Shown in pieces: positions 38,578 to 47,348 of a stretch of 64,000 nucleotides of DNA. The translations under genes were made by a program, and so were the position numbers. The stretch spans positions 135,532 through 199,531 of the forward strand of contig JAZUAE010000012.1 of NCBI GenBank assembly GCA_045637805.1, read 5' to 3'. Source of the DNA: Clostridia bacterium (lineage in GTDB: Bacteria > Bacillota > Clostridia > Christensenellales > UBA1242). Within the stretch, counting starts at the first letter, position 1, and every line of letters begins with the position of its first letter. Under the pieces are notes generated by a model. The model was given only the letters and a program-made list of their open reading frames with translations. It ran no database searches and had not been told where the DNA came from.

Positions 38578-40047
38578 ATGGCAAATATTTCACTAAACAG
38601 GCTTTATGAACTTTTTATGTCTGAAGAAAATCCTATTGTGTGTGATAATATGCTTAAGTCTTATGTTGATTTTTGCAGCGAAGACAGTGGGGTATTGTTC
38701 GAGGCAAAAGAGTACGTGCAAAAAAATTTGGGAGCGATTCCTAACTTTTTTAAAAGCACTGAAAATTCTGAGTTTGAAAATAAGGGGCTGAAGAACCTTA
38801 GAAAAGTTTTTCAAAATCTGGCTTATGCTGTAGACAATTATTTGTCAGACGTTCGCAGCGAAGTTGTTGAAAAATTAAAACAAGAAGATGACGAAACTGA
38901 AAAATATATTTCAGACCTTTATGAAGATGCAAAAATTATCGAGCCACAACACTTGTTTTCAATTTCGCCTGAAAGAATAAAGGCGGCATATAAAGCTTAT
39001 TATTCACAGATTGATAATATTCCACCTCAAGCTGTAGCAGAAGTCATTGCTCTTATCAAACGCGTACAAGATGATGGCGTGCTTGATAAACTTTTCGCGT
39101 CAAACGGATACGAAAATGTTACTATTGATGATCTTCTCTTTTCATTATACGATTATTACAATAAAAACGATGAGACTTTTAAGACAAGTTTTGAAGATTT
39201 ATACCCTGATGACGATTCTTTTTATGTTCGTAATTATTTCAACAATATTAAAAATGGTGAAGTGGTAGGTGAGATTGAATTTAAGAAATATAGACCATCA
39301 CTTATTTCAAAACGTGGGTTTAATACAGACCTTAATAAAATGGTTTTTGCTCGTAATCTATTGTCATACAAAAAGAGTGGAATTATGCCATCACCAAACG
39401 GACTAATTGATTTTTATGTTGGCGAGGAAGAAGAGGACGATTTGACAAATAGGCTTTGCTGCGAATATAGCAAAAGATTTGATAACGATAAATTTAAATC
39501 TATGCAAAGCAGTCCCATTTTTATTATAGAAAATAGCCTTGTTAAGCCTGAACGTTTAGAAAAAATGAAGGGCGTTCGAAAGGGGAAAGGTTTAGCGCTG
39601 GGCGCGCTGCTTTCTAGCCCTTGCAGTGTTGTAAATGAGTTTGTGCGACAATTTTATTTAATACATATCTATATAGATGATGTGACTGATGATAAGTGTA
39701 AATATGAAATTCAACTTAATATCATTCCTGAAGCTCGTTTTGATGCTAGAATTCAACTTATGCGTCTTGATAACTGGAAAGATTTACAGTCGCACAAAAA
39801 TATAGGATACAAGTTGCAGACAACTACGCATGTGCATTTGTATAACCACCTAGATCTTCTCCGTGGAAAGACTGATGGGGCGTATGATATTGCATACAAC
39901 TTTAATGAAGACAGCACAAAGTTTGACGATTCATTAAAGGCGTTTTTAAAAATGATGGGTGCTGATCCAGCGCTTGAGGCAAATCTTTACAAGAAAATTA
40001 TGAAAGCAAAAGACGATGTCCAAAAATACATAGAAAGAGAAATGTAA
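38578..40047 (+). CDS. Hypothetical protein (489 aa)
   Basis: Start moved to ATG 38578 behind AAAGGAGAAAG. TTGAAT-17-TATAAT promoter upstream. No recognisable motif. Confidence 0.7.
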   Translation: MANISLNRLYELFMSEENPIVCDNMLKSYVDFCSEDSGVLFEAKEYVQKNLGAIPNFFKSTENSEFENKGLKNLRKVFQNLAYAVDNYLSDVRSEVVEKLKQEDDETEKYISDLYEDAKIIEPQHLFSISPERIKAAYKAYYSQIDNIPPQAVAEVIALIKRVQDDGVLDKLFASNGYENVTIDDLLFSLYDYYNKNDETFKTSFEDLYPDDDSFYVRNYFNNIKNGEVVGEIEFKKYRPSLISKRGFNTDLNKMVFARNLLSYKKSGIMPSPNGLIDFYVGEEEEDDLTNRLCCEYSKRFDNDKFKSMQSSPIFIIENSLVKPERLEKMKGVRKGKGLALGALLSSPCSVVNEFVRQFYLIHIYIDDVTDDKCKYEIQLNIIPEARFDARIQLMRLDNWKDLQSHKNIGYKLQTTTHVHLYNHLDLLRGKTDGAYDIAYNFNEDSTKFDDSLKAFLKMMGADPALEANLYKKIMKAKDDVQKYIEREM

Positions 40048-40168
40048 ATTAGTGAAAACTTGAATATTTAATAAAAGTATGTACATGGTTTGACAATTCA
40101 TCTTAAAAAGTTGACAAGCTTTGGCAAAATGAGTATATGTAAAGTAATAAGTTTAAAGGAGACGATTA

Positions 40169-40732
40169 ATGAAAAAGACTCTATATTCTATTAACCCACA
40201 AGAATATCCAAATATAGAAATTGATTTTGTGGAAACTACTGCAAATGGCGCTAGAAGTTATACAACTGGTCAAGTTGTTGAAGCAAAAAAAACAGCTGAA
40301 GTTCAAGCCGTACGATTAAAAGAAGAAACTATTGTGGATACAAGGGTAAGAGCGGTTGTTGATGGAAAAGTGTATGTATTTGAAGAAACTAAGAATAAAG
40401 CTCCAGCAGGTGCTATAGTTATAACTAATCCTGATGGAGAACAATATGTTATTAAAGATAAATTCAAAGACGGTCAATTGATTAAAAGTGCAATAGATCA
40501 GTTCAATGATAAATATATTAAAACTAAAACTGGTTTTGTTTCTAAAGAGGGCCTTAGACATTTTATGACAATTACACAAAACATTACATTTAAAGCTAGT
40601 TGGGGAGAACAAGTTTTTGCTCCTGCGGGTTCAATGCTATGTATTGAATATGGCGAAGGCGAAGAATATTCAGTAACAAATTCAGCTTTTAAAAGTACAT
40701 ATGAATTAGATTCTTCTGTAATGTCTTATTAA
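40169..40732 (+). CDS. Hypothetical protein (187 aa)
   Basis: AAAGGAG RBS, TAA stop, followed by a terminator. Confidence 0.7.
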   Translation: MKKTLYSINPQEYPNIEIDFVETTANGARSYTTGQVVEAKKTAEVQAVRLKEETIVDTRVRAVVDGKVYVFEETKNKAPAGAIVITNPDGEQYVIKDKFKDGQLIKSAIDQFNDKYIKTKTGFVSKEGLRHFMTITQNITFKASWGEQVFAPAGSMLCIEYGEGEEYSVTNSAFKSTYELDSSVMSY

Positions 40733-40737
40733 TGCAA

Positions 40738-40773
40738 TAAAAAACACCTTAATTTGTAGTAAGGTGTTTTTTG
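40738..40773. terminator. Bidirectional terminator
   Basis: CACCTTA-ATTTGTAG-TAAGGTG hairpin flanked by A6 and T6. Confidence 0.8.
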
Positions 40774-40817
40774 TTTTCGTTAGTTCTAAAATTACTAAAT
40801 TTATCTCGCGTCTTTAT

Positions 40818-41630
40818 TTAAAATAAGTTTTCTTCCTGCTCGCAAACGGCGTAATTTAGATTTATAAGTTCTCTAGAAGTGTATGGCTTGTTTGTTGTTG
40901 CAATAGGTTGACCGTTTTTGTTGAGGTATGTGCATTTTTGTGAGTGACATTCTGTGGCAAGATAGATTGTGCCTTCTTGATGACTTATGTTGTCATAATA
41001 TTTTGAAATACGATTGTTGTTATTGAAAATAGCCTCTATGCCATCACCATGTGCATTGAATGTTGAACGTATTGTGTTGCCATTTTCGTCAGGCTCGGTC
41101 TCTTTTAAAAATGGACCAGAAGTTTTTTCAAAATTCTTATTGATATAAAAATAAATATCGTTGTTAAATCTTATACGTCTATAACCATTTTCATTGTATG
41201 ATTTAACCTCTGCGTAATGAGGGCTAACTGCGAGTGTGTTTTTGTTTATAATTATCGAATTTTTGTATCTGTTAATATTGTGAACAATAATTTCGTCTCC
41301 GTCTACTGTTCCATAAATTTGATTGTTGTTTTGAGGGAGTGAGTTGTTTTCTTGCACTAATAAACCACAAGGCGTTAAATTTTTACCAAGATTATTAAAA
41401 AGATATAATTTGTCACCAGATCTGATAGGTAAGTGCAATATTTTGTCAGTAGTATTTAACTGCATAGTTGTACTTGCCTGAGTCACATTCTTACATACAA
41501 CTTTGCCATTATATAAAAGTACTTTTTCAGGTGAGTTTTTATATTCAGCTAAAACATATGTTCCGTCGTTATTTAGTTTTTCAAAATTTTTAAAACGCAT
41601 TTTGTTTATAACATTATTAATCTTTCCCAT
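40818..41630 (-). CDS. Hypothetical protein, WG-repeat-like; paralog of 36781..37626
   Basis: AAGGAG RBS. TTGACA-16-TATAAT promoter on the minus strand at 41651-41678. Confidence 0.7.
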   Translation of the reverse strand: MGKINNVINKMRFKNFEKLNNDGTYVLAEYKNSPEKVLLYNGKVVCKNVTQASTTMQLNTTDKILHLPIRSGDKLYLFNNLGKNLTPCGLLVQENNSLPQNNNQIYGTVDGDEIIVHNINRYKNSIIINKNTLAVSPHYAEVKSYNENGYRRIRFNNDIYFYINKNFEKTSGPFLKETEPDENGNTIRSTFNAHGDGIEAIFNNNNRISKYYDNISHQEGTIYLATECHSQKCTYLNKNGQPIATTNKPYTSRELINLNYAVCEQEENLF

Positions 41631-42131
41631 ATATACTCCTTATGGCTTTTATTATATACCTCTTAAAATAATTGTCAATATCTAAACCATTAAAAAATGC
41701 AATTTTAAATCTTAAATCATAAAAATCGTGTTTAATTTTGTATTATATTAAGGATATAGGCGTTCATAATAAATAAAAAAATTTGCTTTGTGTTTAAATG
41801 TGAGGTTTTGTCTACACTAAAGTGGGTTATCAACAGGTGTGAAATTTATTTCGAATATAATTAATATATGTTGGTAATAAATTGCCAGGAAGGCTCCTTG
41901 CTGCGTAATAAATTGCTAAAGTTTATGCAATAAATTTCCAAAGCAAAGAAAAGAGAAAAGAAACAAAAGAGAAAAGTAAGTAAATTAATTTGTTTATAAT
42001 ATAAGTTATATATTAACAATAGGGTGGAATTTAAAATTGTATGTTTTAAAAAATTTAAAAAGAGGTCACTTTTTCTTTACGACATGCTGTTTGTTTTGGT
42101 ATAATACCAGTATAAAAAAGTGAGGTGTCTT

Positions 42132-42842
42132 ATGGATAGAGAACAAAGAAATAAACTTTATAACAGAATTACATATTTTCTTTTCACCTGTCTTCTTATT
42201 GCTACAATTATCTTTCCGATGTTTAGCATTAAAACTATTACAGGTGCGTATAGCGAAGAAAGTTGTTCTTCAGTTTCAGCTTATCAGTTAATTAAAATAG
42301 GTTTGATGAGTGAAGAGGGGCGTTCTAGTGAGGCAAGTATGCTTGCTGAAGAAATCGCTGAGTTTGGACTTAAACTTGAAAAAGAAGGCAAGTCTGATGA
42401 AGATATTTTAAAAGCACTTAAAACAAACTCTGCTTATAACGAGTTTATGCTTATAAACGTATGCAAAGTTGATGATAGCGAAGTAAAATCTATGGCTATT
42501 TGCTTACTTATAACATATATTGTACTTGGCGTGCTTGCACTTATGTTTATTGCTAGCATGATTGTTAGAAAAGATATATTTGACATGGTTAACATATTTG
42601 CTGCAGCTGCGGCTTCAGTTGTTGCAATTGTTGCACTTATAATATCTTTCACATTAACAATAGAGATTATTCCAAACGCTCAAAGTTTTGTAATTTGCAG
42701 CGAAATGATCATGTATGTACTAGCAATAGGTCCTGTTGCGTTGACAGTTGTTGAGGCTGTTCAGTTCTTCTTAGCTAGAAAAAAGAGAAAACTCTTAGAA
42801 AAAGAAATTATTAAACCTTTCACTGGTGAAGCTGAGGAATAA
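42132..42842 (+). CDS. Polytopic membrane protein (236 aa), paralog of the next gene
   Basis: Start moved to ATG 42132 behind GTGAGGTG. One N-terminal TM, a charged helical loop, then three C-terminal TMs. Confidence 0.7.
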   Translation: MDREQRNKLYNRITYFLFTCLLIATIIFPMFSIKTITGAYSEESCSSVSAYQLIKIGLMSEEGRSSEASMLAEEIAEFGLKLEKEGKSDEDILKALKTNSAYNEFMLINVCKVDDSEVKSMAICLLITYIVLGVLALMFIASMIVRKDIFDMVNIFAAAAASVVAIVALIISFTLTIEIIPNAQSFVICSEMIMYVLAIGPVALTVVEAVQFFLARKKRKLLEKEIIKPFTGEAEE

Positions 42843-42844
42843 TT

Positions 42845-43552
42845 ATGGCAGAGAAAAAAACAAGCCTTATCAGCAGAATTTTTACCATTGTAATTGCCTT
42901 GGCTCTTGGTTTGTTTGTCTTTATTCCTACCTTTGCTATAAATGTTAAGGTTGATACGCTTTCTGGAACTGAGACGGTATTTTCTACAAGCGTTTCGGTT
43001 AAAGATGTTTTATCAGTGGCTTTTTTAAGTGATGAGGCGAAGAAAGATAAGCGCGAAGAGCTTTTTCTCAAGCGTGAAGAGGCAAGGGGTGAGCTTATCC
43101 TTGACGGCAAGACTGACAAAGAGGCAGACGCCGAGCTTAACAGTTACTCATACTCTAAGGAATATGCTCTTCTTAAGTATTTTTCAAACGACACTGAGGA
43201 CGCGGTGCTTGGCATTGCAACGCATACATGGTTAATAATTATCTCAGTGCTTGAGATTGCTATGTTACTTGCATTGTTACTTAATATTTTATACTCGTAT
43301 ATGAGTATGCAGTATGACAATGTTTCGTATCCTAAAACAAACAAAATTTGTGCGCTTATTGCTGGCGTGCTTGGCGTTATCATTTCGCTCGTTACTATGA
43401 TTTGTCTAAAGGAAGATAATGCGGGGCTTATAGCCACTTCTGCAATCAATGTTTTTGGATATATTTTTATGGCACTTTCGATTTATCTTCCTGTTCATAC
43501 AGCTTTGATTTTCAATGGCAAAAAATCTTATATGCAATCTAAAAAGAAATAG
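42845..43552 (+). CDS. Polytopic membrane protein (235 aa), paralog of the previous gene
   Basis: Same topology as the previous gene, starting 2 nt after its stop. TAG stop. Confidence 0.7.
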   Translation: MAEKKTSLISRIFTIVIALALGLFVFIPTFAINVKVDTLSGTETVFSTSVSVKDVLSVAFLSDEAKKDKREELFLKREEARGELILDGKTDKEADAELNSYSYSKEYALLKYFSNDTEDAVLGIATHTWLIIISVLEIAMLLALLLNILYSYMSMQYDNVSYPKTNKICALIAGVLGVIISLVTMICLKEDNAGLIATSAINVFGYIFMALSIYLPVHTALIFNGKKSYMQSKKK

Positions 43553-43555
43553 TTT

Positions 43556-43586
43556 TTCAGCGCTAGACAGCGCTGAATACTTTTTT
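43556..43586 (+). terminator. Rho-independent terminator
   Basis: TTCAGCGCT-AGAC-AGCGCTGAA hairpin followed by TAC and T6. Confidence 0.8.
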
Positions 43587-43620
43587 ATTATTTGACTAAA
43601 ATTTAATTACTGGAGTGTTT

Positions 43621-46161
43621 ATGGCTAAACAAAACAAACTTATAATTGTTGATGGTAACAGTATTTTCTATAGATCATTTTACGCGCTTCCGCTCCTTAA
43701 AAATCCTAAGGGGCAGCCTTGTAATGCTATCTATGGTTTTTTTATTGAGCTGGTTAAAATTATTCAAAATTATCAGCCTACACATTTAGCAGTAGCTTTT
43801 GATAAATCTAGGTCTAAGCTTAGAAGTGATCTTTATAGCGAATATAAGGCAAACCGTAAGAAAGCTCCTGATGAACTTTTATCTCAATTAACACTTATTC
43901 GTGAATGCTTGGACGTTGCGGGCGTAAAACACTTTGCAATCGATGGCGTAGAGGGCGACGATGTTGTGGGCTCACTCGCACGTAGGTTTGAAAAGGAATG
44001 TGAAACATTTATTATTTCTTCTGACCGTGACCTCTTTCAGCTCATTAGCGAGCATACTAAAATGCTTTATGTAAAAAAGGGTATGAGTGATGTGCGTGAG
44101 CTTGACCCTAAGGCTCTGTGTGACCTTATGGGGTTTGCGCCTAGCCACGTCGTGGATATAAAAGCCCTTGCTGGAGATACTTCAGATAACATACCTGGCG
44201 TTGAAGGTATAGGTGAGAAGAGCGCTATTGAACTTGTTACGAAATATGGCTCAATAGAGAATATATTGTCGAACATTGACGAAATTAAGCCAAGGCAAAA
44301 AACTGCGCTACTTGGCAAGGAAGATGTTTGGCAGCTTTGCCGCAAACTGGCGACAATTTATACCGATGCGCCTTTGGGAGATGTTACTCTTAATGATTTG
44401 GTGTACACATATCCGTTTAATCAGGCAACGAAAGAAATGTTCACTGAGTTTGGGTTTAGAACGCTTATAAATAAGCCTGAAATTTTTGCAAGCGGAGATA
44501 GTAGCGTAGGGCTCGTGAATGTAAGTGTTGACGAAGTGCATGAGCGTAAGCTTGTAAACACAATGTCTGAGCTTGTCGCTGTGCTTTCTATTATAAAAAA
44601 AGAGGGCGAGTGTGCTGTTTATTTTGGAGACGAACTCGAAATTTTTGCAGGCGGAAACGCTTTCACTGTGAAAGTTGATTTTGACATGTATCGTGAGATC
44701 GCGTGCAAGGTGTTAAGTGATAAAAATATCCGCAAATTTGTGTTAGACAATCGCAAAGCACGTGAGTTTGTGCGTGACTTTTCTTGCGTCTTAGAGGGCG
44801 AAATCTTTGACTTCATGATTGCTGACCACTTGCGTTCGGGTAGGGTTATTAAGTCTGAGGAAGACGTTATAGCTAAACATTCGTCAAAGGACAGGATAAT
44901 CTTTGACCTTATTCCGCTTTGCCAAGATGCTGAAAAAGACCTTAAGGATAAAAACCTCTATGACCTTTATGTGAATGTTGAGCTTCCTCTTTCAGAAGTC
45001 TTGGACGATATGAGTGTTCAAGGGTTTAAGGTTAAGTGCGGCACTTTTGTTAAGCTTAATACCAAAGTTGACCGTGAGCTTGAAAGCCTTAGCAGGGAGA
45101 TTTGCAAGATGTGCGGCGTGGACTTTAATATTCGTTCACCAAAGCAGCTCGCTGATGTTTTATTTGGCAAGCTTGGTCTTCCAAATGGCAGCAAAGGCTC
45201 GACAAGTATTGATGTTCTCGAGTGGCTGGAAGATAAGCACCCAGTAATCCCGCTAATTATTCGTCATAGAAAGCTGGGTAAGTTTATGGGTACATATCTC
45301 GATGGCTTCCTTCCATATATTTCGGAGGACGGTTTTGTTCATACTATCTTTAATCAGACAATGACTAATACTGGTAGGCTTTCGTCTTCTGAGCCTAATC
45401 TGCAAAATATCCCAGTTAGGAGCGAGGATAGTCAGGAAATACGCGCGCTATTTTGTCCGAGAAGTCTGGATCATGTTTTAATCGATGCAGATTATTCGCA
45501 AATCGAGCTCAGACTTCTTGCTGCGTTTTCAGGTGATGAGCAAATGATTGATGCCTTTGCAAAGGGTAGGGATATTCACACCGAAACAGCATCTAGCGTT
45601 TTTGGTGTAAAGCCTGAGCTTGTTACTAGTCAAATGCGTAGAATAGCAAAGGTTGTAAACTTTGGTATTATTTATGGAATTAGCGGTTTTGGCTTGGCTC
45701 AGGACCTTAAGATTACTCCAAAACAAGCAAAAGCATATATCGATTCTTTCTTTGAACTTCATCCAAAAGTTAAAGAGTATATGGATAAAGTAATATCTGA
45801 TGCAAAATCTACAGGTAAGGTTTATACCATGCTTGGCAGGTTCCGCAATATTGACGCTGAAATTAATTCACATAATTTTATCATACGTAGTGGTGCAGAG
45901 CGCGCTGCTCAAAATATGCCGCTTCAGGGCTCTGCCGCAGATATTATAAAGATGGCTATGATTAATGTTTATAAGCGCTTAAGGCGTGAAAAACTTGAGG
46001 CAAAACTTATTTGCCAAGTGCATGATGAACTAGTTATAGATGCTCCAAAATCTGAAGAGGAAAAAGTAAAGAAACTTTTGAAAGAGGAAATGGAGAATGT
46101 TGTAAGCCTAGCCGTGCCATTAGAAGTGGAAGTGTCGTCGGGGTCCCTTTGGCAACATTAA
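43621..46161 (+). CDS. polA: DNA polymerase I
   Basis: 5'-nuclease domain (LIIVDGNS, GDTSDNIPGVEGIGEKSA). Polymerase motifs DYSQIELRLLA, RRIAKVVNFGIIYG and QVHDELV. Start at ATG 43621. Confidence 0.93.
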   Translation: MAKQNKLIIVDGNSIFYRSFYALPLLKNPKGQPCNAIYGFFIELVKIIQNYQPTHLAVAFDKSRSKLRSDLYSEYKANRKKAPDELLSQLTLIRECLDVAGVKHFAIDGVEGDDVVGSLARRFEKECETFIISSDRDLFQLISEHTKMLYVKKGMSDVRELDPKALCDLMGFAPSHVVDIKALAGDTSDNIPGVEGIGEKSAIELVTKYGSIENILSNIDEIKPRQKTALLGKEDVWQLCRKLATIYTDAPLGDVTLNDLVYTYPFNQATKEMFTEFGFRTLINKPEIFASGDSSVGLVNVSVDEVHERKLVNTMSELVAVLSIIKKEGECAVYFGDELEIFAGGNAFTVKVDFDMYREIACKVLSDKNIRKFVLDNRKAREFVRDFSCVLEGEIFDFMIADHLRSGRVIKSEEDVIAKHSSKDRIIFDLIPLCQDAEKDLKDKNLYDLYVNVELPLSEVLDDMSVQGFKVKCGTFVKLNTKVDRELESLSREICKMCGVDFNIRSPKQLADVLFGKLGLPNGSKGSTSIDVLEWLEDKHPVIPLIIRHRKLGKFMGTYLDGFLPYISEDGFVHTIFNQTMTNTGRLSSSEPNLQNIPVRSEDSQEIRALFCPRSLDHVLIDADYSQIELRLLAAFSGDEQMIDAFAKGRDIHTETASSVFGVKPELVTSQMRRIAKVVNFGIIYGISGFGLAQDLKITPKQAKAYIDSFFELHPKVKEYMDKVISDAKSTGKVYTMLGRFRNIDAEINSHNFIIRSGAERAAQNMPLQGSAADIIKMAMINVYKRLRREKLEAKLICQVHDELVIDAPKSEEEKVKKLLKEEMENVVSLAVPLEVEVSSGSLWQH

Positions 46162-46163
46162 TT

Positions 46164-46289
46164 AATCGGGGCAACAATTCATCATTTTAGTGCAGAAAAT
46201 CAAAAAAATCCAAACAGTCTTTTACGATTAGTAAACTCCTGTTTGGATTTTTTATTTTCTTTCTAAAATACTAAATTCTTGCCCCGATT
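46164..46289. mobile_element. 126-bp element bounded by 16-bp inverted repeats (MITE-like), enclosing a terminator
   Basis: AATCGGGGCAAcAATT at 46164-46179 and its complement ending at 46289 match at 15/16, with an 11-bp perfect core. The left end starts 3 nt after the polA stop. Confidence 0.4.
46204..46258. terminator. Terminator with conserved hairpin tip
   Basis: 14-bp outer stem AAAAATCCAAACAG/CTGTTTGGATTTTT, inner stem TTTAC/GTAAA, loop GATTA. Core TTTACGATTAGTAAACT at 46221-46237. Confidence 0.75.
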
Positions 46290-46317
46290 GAAATAAACAT
46301 CAATCTTACAGTGTTGC

Positions 46318-46797
46318 CTAGTAAATGTTTATTAGTGACGTGTGTGTTGATTCTGCATAATAGTAGGCTTGTTTGGTAATCTCTTCAGGTGAAAGGGGAT
46401 TTGAAACACTGTCTATTTTATAATTTAGTGGTGCATAAATGTATTCATTATAATTAAAGATACAAAAATCGCTTGAATCTATTACTTTTTTATCAAGTTC
46501 GAAATTTTGTATCAATTTATCATCTAACATAAATTTTTCTTCCAACTCTAAGCTGTTAAAAGTCTTAGAGTTTTCTTTTGTCAAAAAAGCAATTCGTTTA
46601 ATGTAAGGAAAGGTTTGTTTTAACTTTGATATACAGTTGTATGCTAATTTTTCAAAAGGACTATAGCTATAGAAAATAAAAGTTTTATAATTATCAAAGT
46701 ATATTAGTGGCAATAAGAATTTTTCCAGTTTGTCTTGTAATTGTTTTTCATTTTCTAAGGTGGCGTATCCTATAAAAGAGCAAGTATTTGTATTCAT
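46318..46797 (-). CDS. Hypothetical protein (159 aa), possibly a second degenerate SLOG/DUF1273-like protein
   Basis: AAGGAG RBS. The N-terminal CSFIGY...KTFIFYS layout loosely resembles the CFTGHR...start of 15742..16248. TAG stop. Confidence 0.6.
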   Translation of the reverse strand: MNTNTCSFIGYATLENEKQLQDKLEKFLLPLIYFDNYKTFIFYSYSPFEKLAYNCISKLKQTFPYIKRIAFLTKENSKTFNSLELEEKFMLDDKLIQNFELDKKVIDSSDFCIFNYNEYIYAPLNYKIDSVSNPLSPEEITKQAYYYAESTHTSLINIY

Positions 46798-46849
46798 TTT
46801 TTACTCCTTTTCATCTCATATTATTTTTGCATAATCGAAAACAAAAGTC

Positions 46850-46908
46850 AAGGATATATCCCTGAATATTTCCAAGTGCAAATGATACACTAAAATAAAG
46901 GATATATC
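46850..46908. promoter_or_regulatory. Two copies of AAGGATATATC (palindromic core GATATATC): candidate operators in the divergent promoter region
   Basis: Exact 11-mers at 46850-46860 and 46898-46908, 48 bp apart, between the divergent 159-aa gene and the XRE regulator gene. Confidence 0.5.
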
Positions 46909-46920
46909 GTGGGGTGAAAA

Positions 46921-47160
46921 ATGAAAGTTACTGATGCAATTACACATAGAATAATTAATTTATGTAAGGAAAGGGAAATTACACCAAACAAACTTGGCAC
47001 AATTTCAGGAGTAGAGCCAAGCACAATTACCAGTATATTTTATGGAAAAAGTAAAAATCCAGGAATCGTGACAATAAAAAATTTGTGTGATGGTTTTGGT
47101 ATATCATTATCAGACTTTTTCAATGATGAGATTTTTAAAGATAAAAACCTAGAAGAGTAA
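46921..47160 (+). CDS. XRE-family helix-turn-helix transcriptional regulator
   Basis: 79 aa. The pattern ...REITPNKLGTISGVEPSTITSIFYGKSKNP.IVTIKNLCDGFGISLSDFF is typical of Cro/C1-type HTH proteins. Confidence 0.85.
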   Translation: MKVTDAITHRIINLCKEREITPNKLGTISGVEPSTITSIFYGKSKNPGIVTIKNLCDGFGISLSDFFNDEIFKDKNLEE

Positions 47161-47205
47161 AAAAGTTTCCGGTAGGTACTTTTTTGTATATAAATATAGG
47201 TAATA

Positions 47206-47301
47206 ATGAAGACGCTCACAGATGTTCGCTATGAAGCCGCTACGCTAATGACGAGGCTCAATTCTTTCGCCATGAAGAGCAAACTGAAAGTTTGCATGAA
47301 G
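47206..47301 (+). repeat. Heptamer-plus-hairpin mosaic repeat, 5' arm (ATGAAGA orientation)
   Basis: ATGAAG(A) at 47206, 47231, 47272 and 47296, with a truncated ATGA at 47248. The heptamers are separated by 11-20 nt segments. The last segment is the perfect hairpin GCAAACT-GAA-AGTTTGC (47279-47295). Confidence 0.85.
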
Positions 47302-47348
47302 TCAAGAAAATTATACCATTTAAAAATTCAAAAGGATAAATAAAATAA

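Noticed and set aside
41760-42060. Chromosomal replication origin (AT-rich, TTATCAACA DnaA-box-like 9-mer at 41827-41835)
   Set aside because: There is only one 8/9 match to TTATCCACA, no cluster of boxes, and no dnaA/dnaN nearby.
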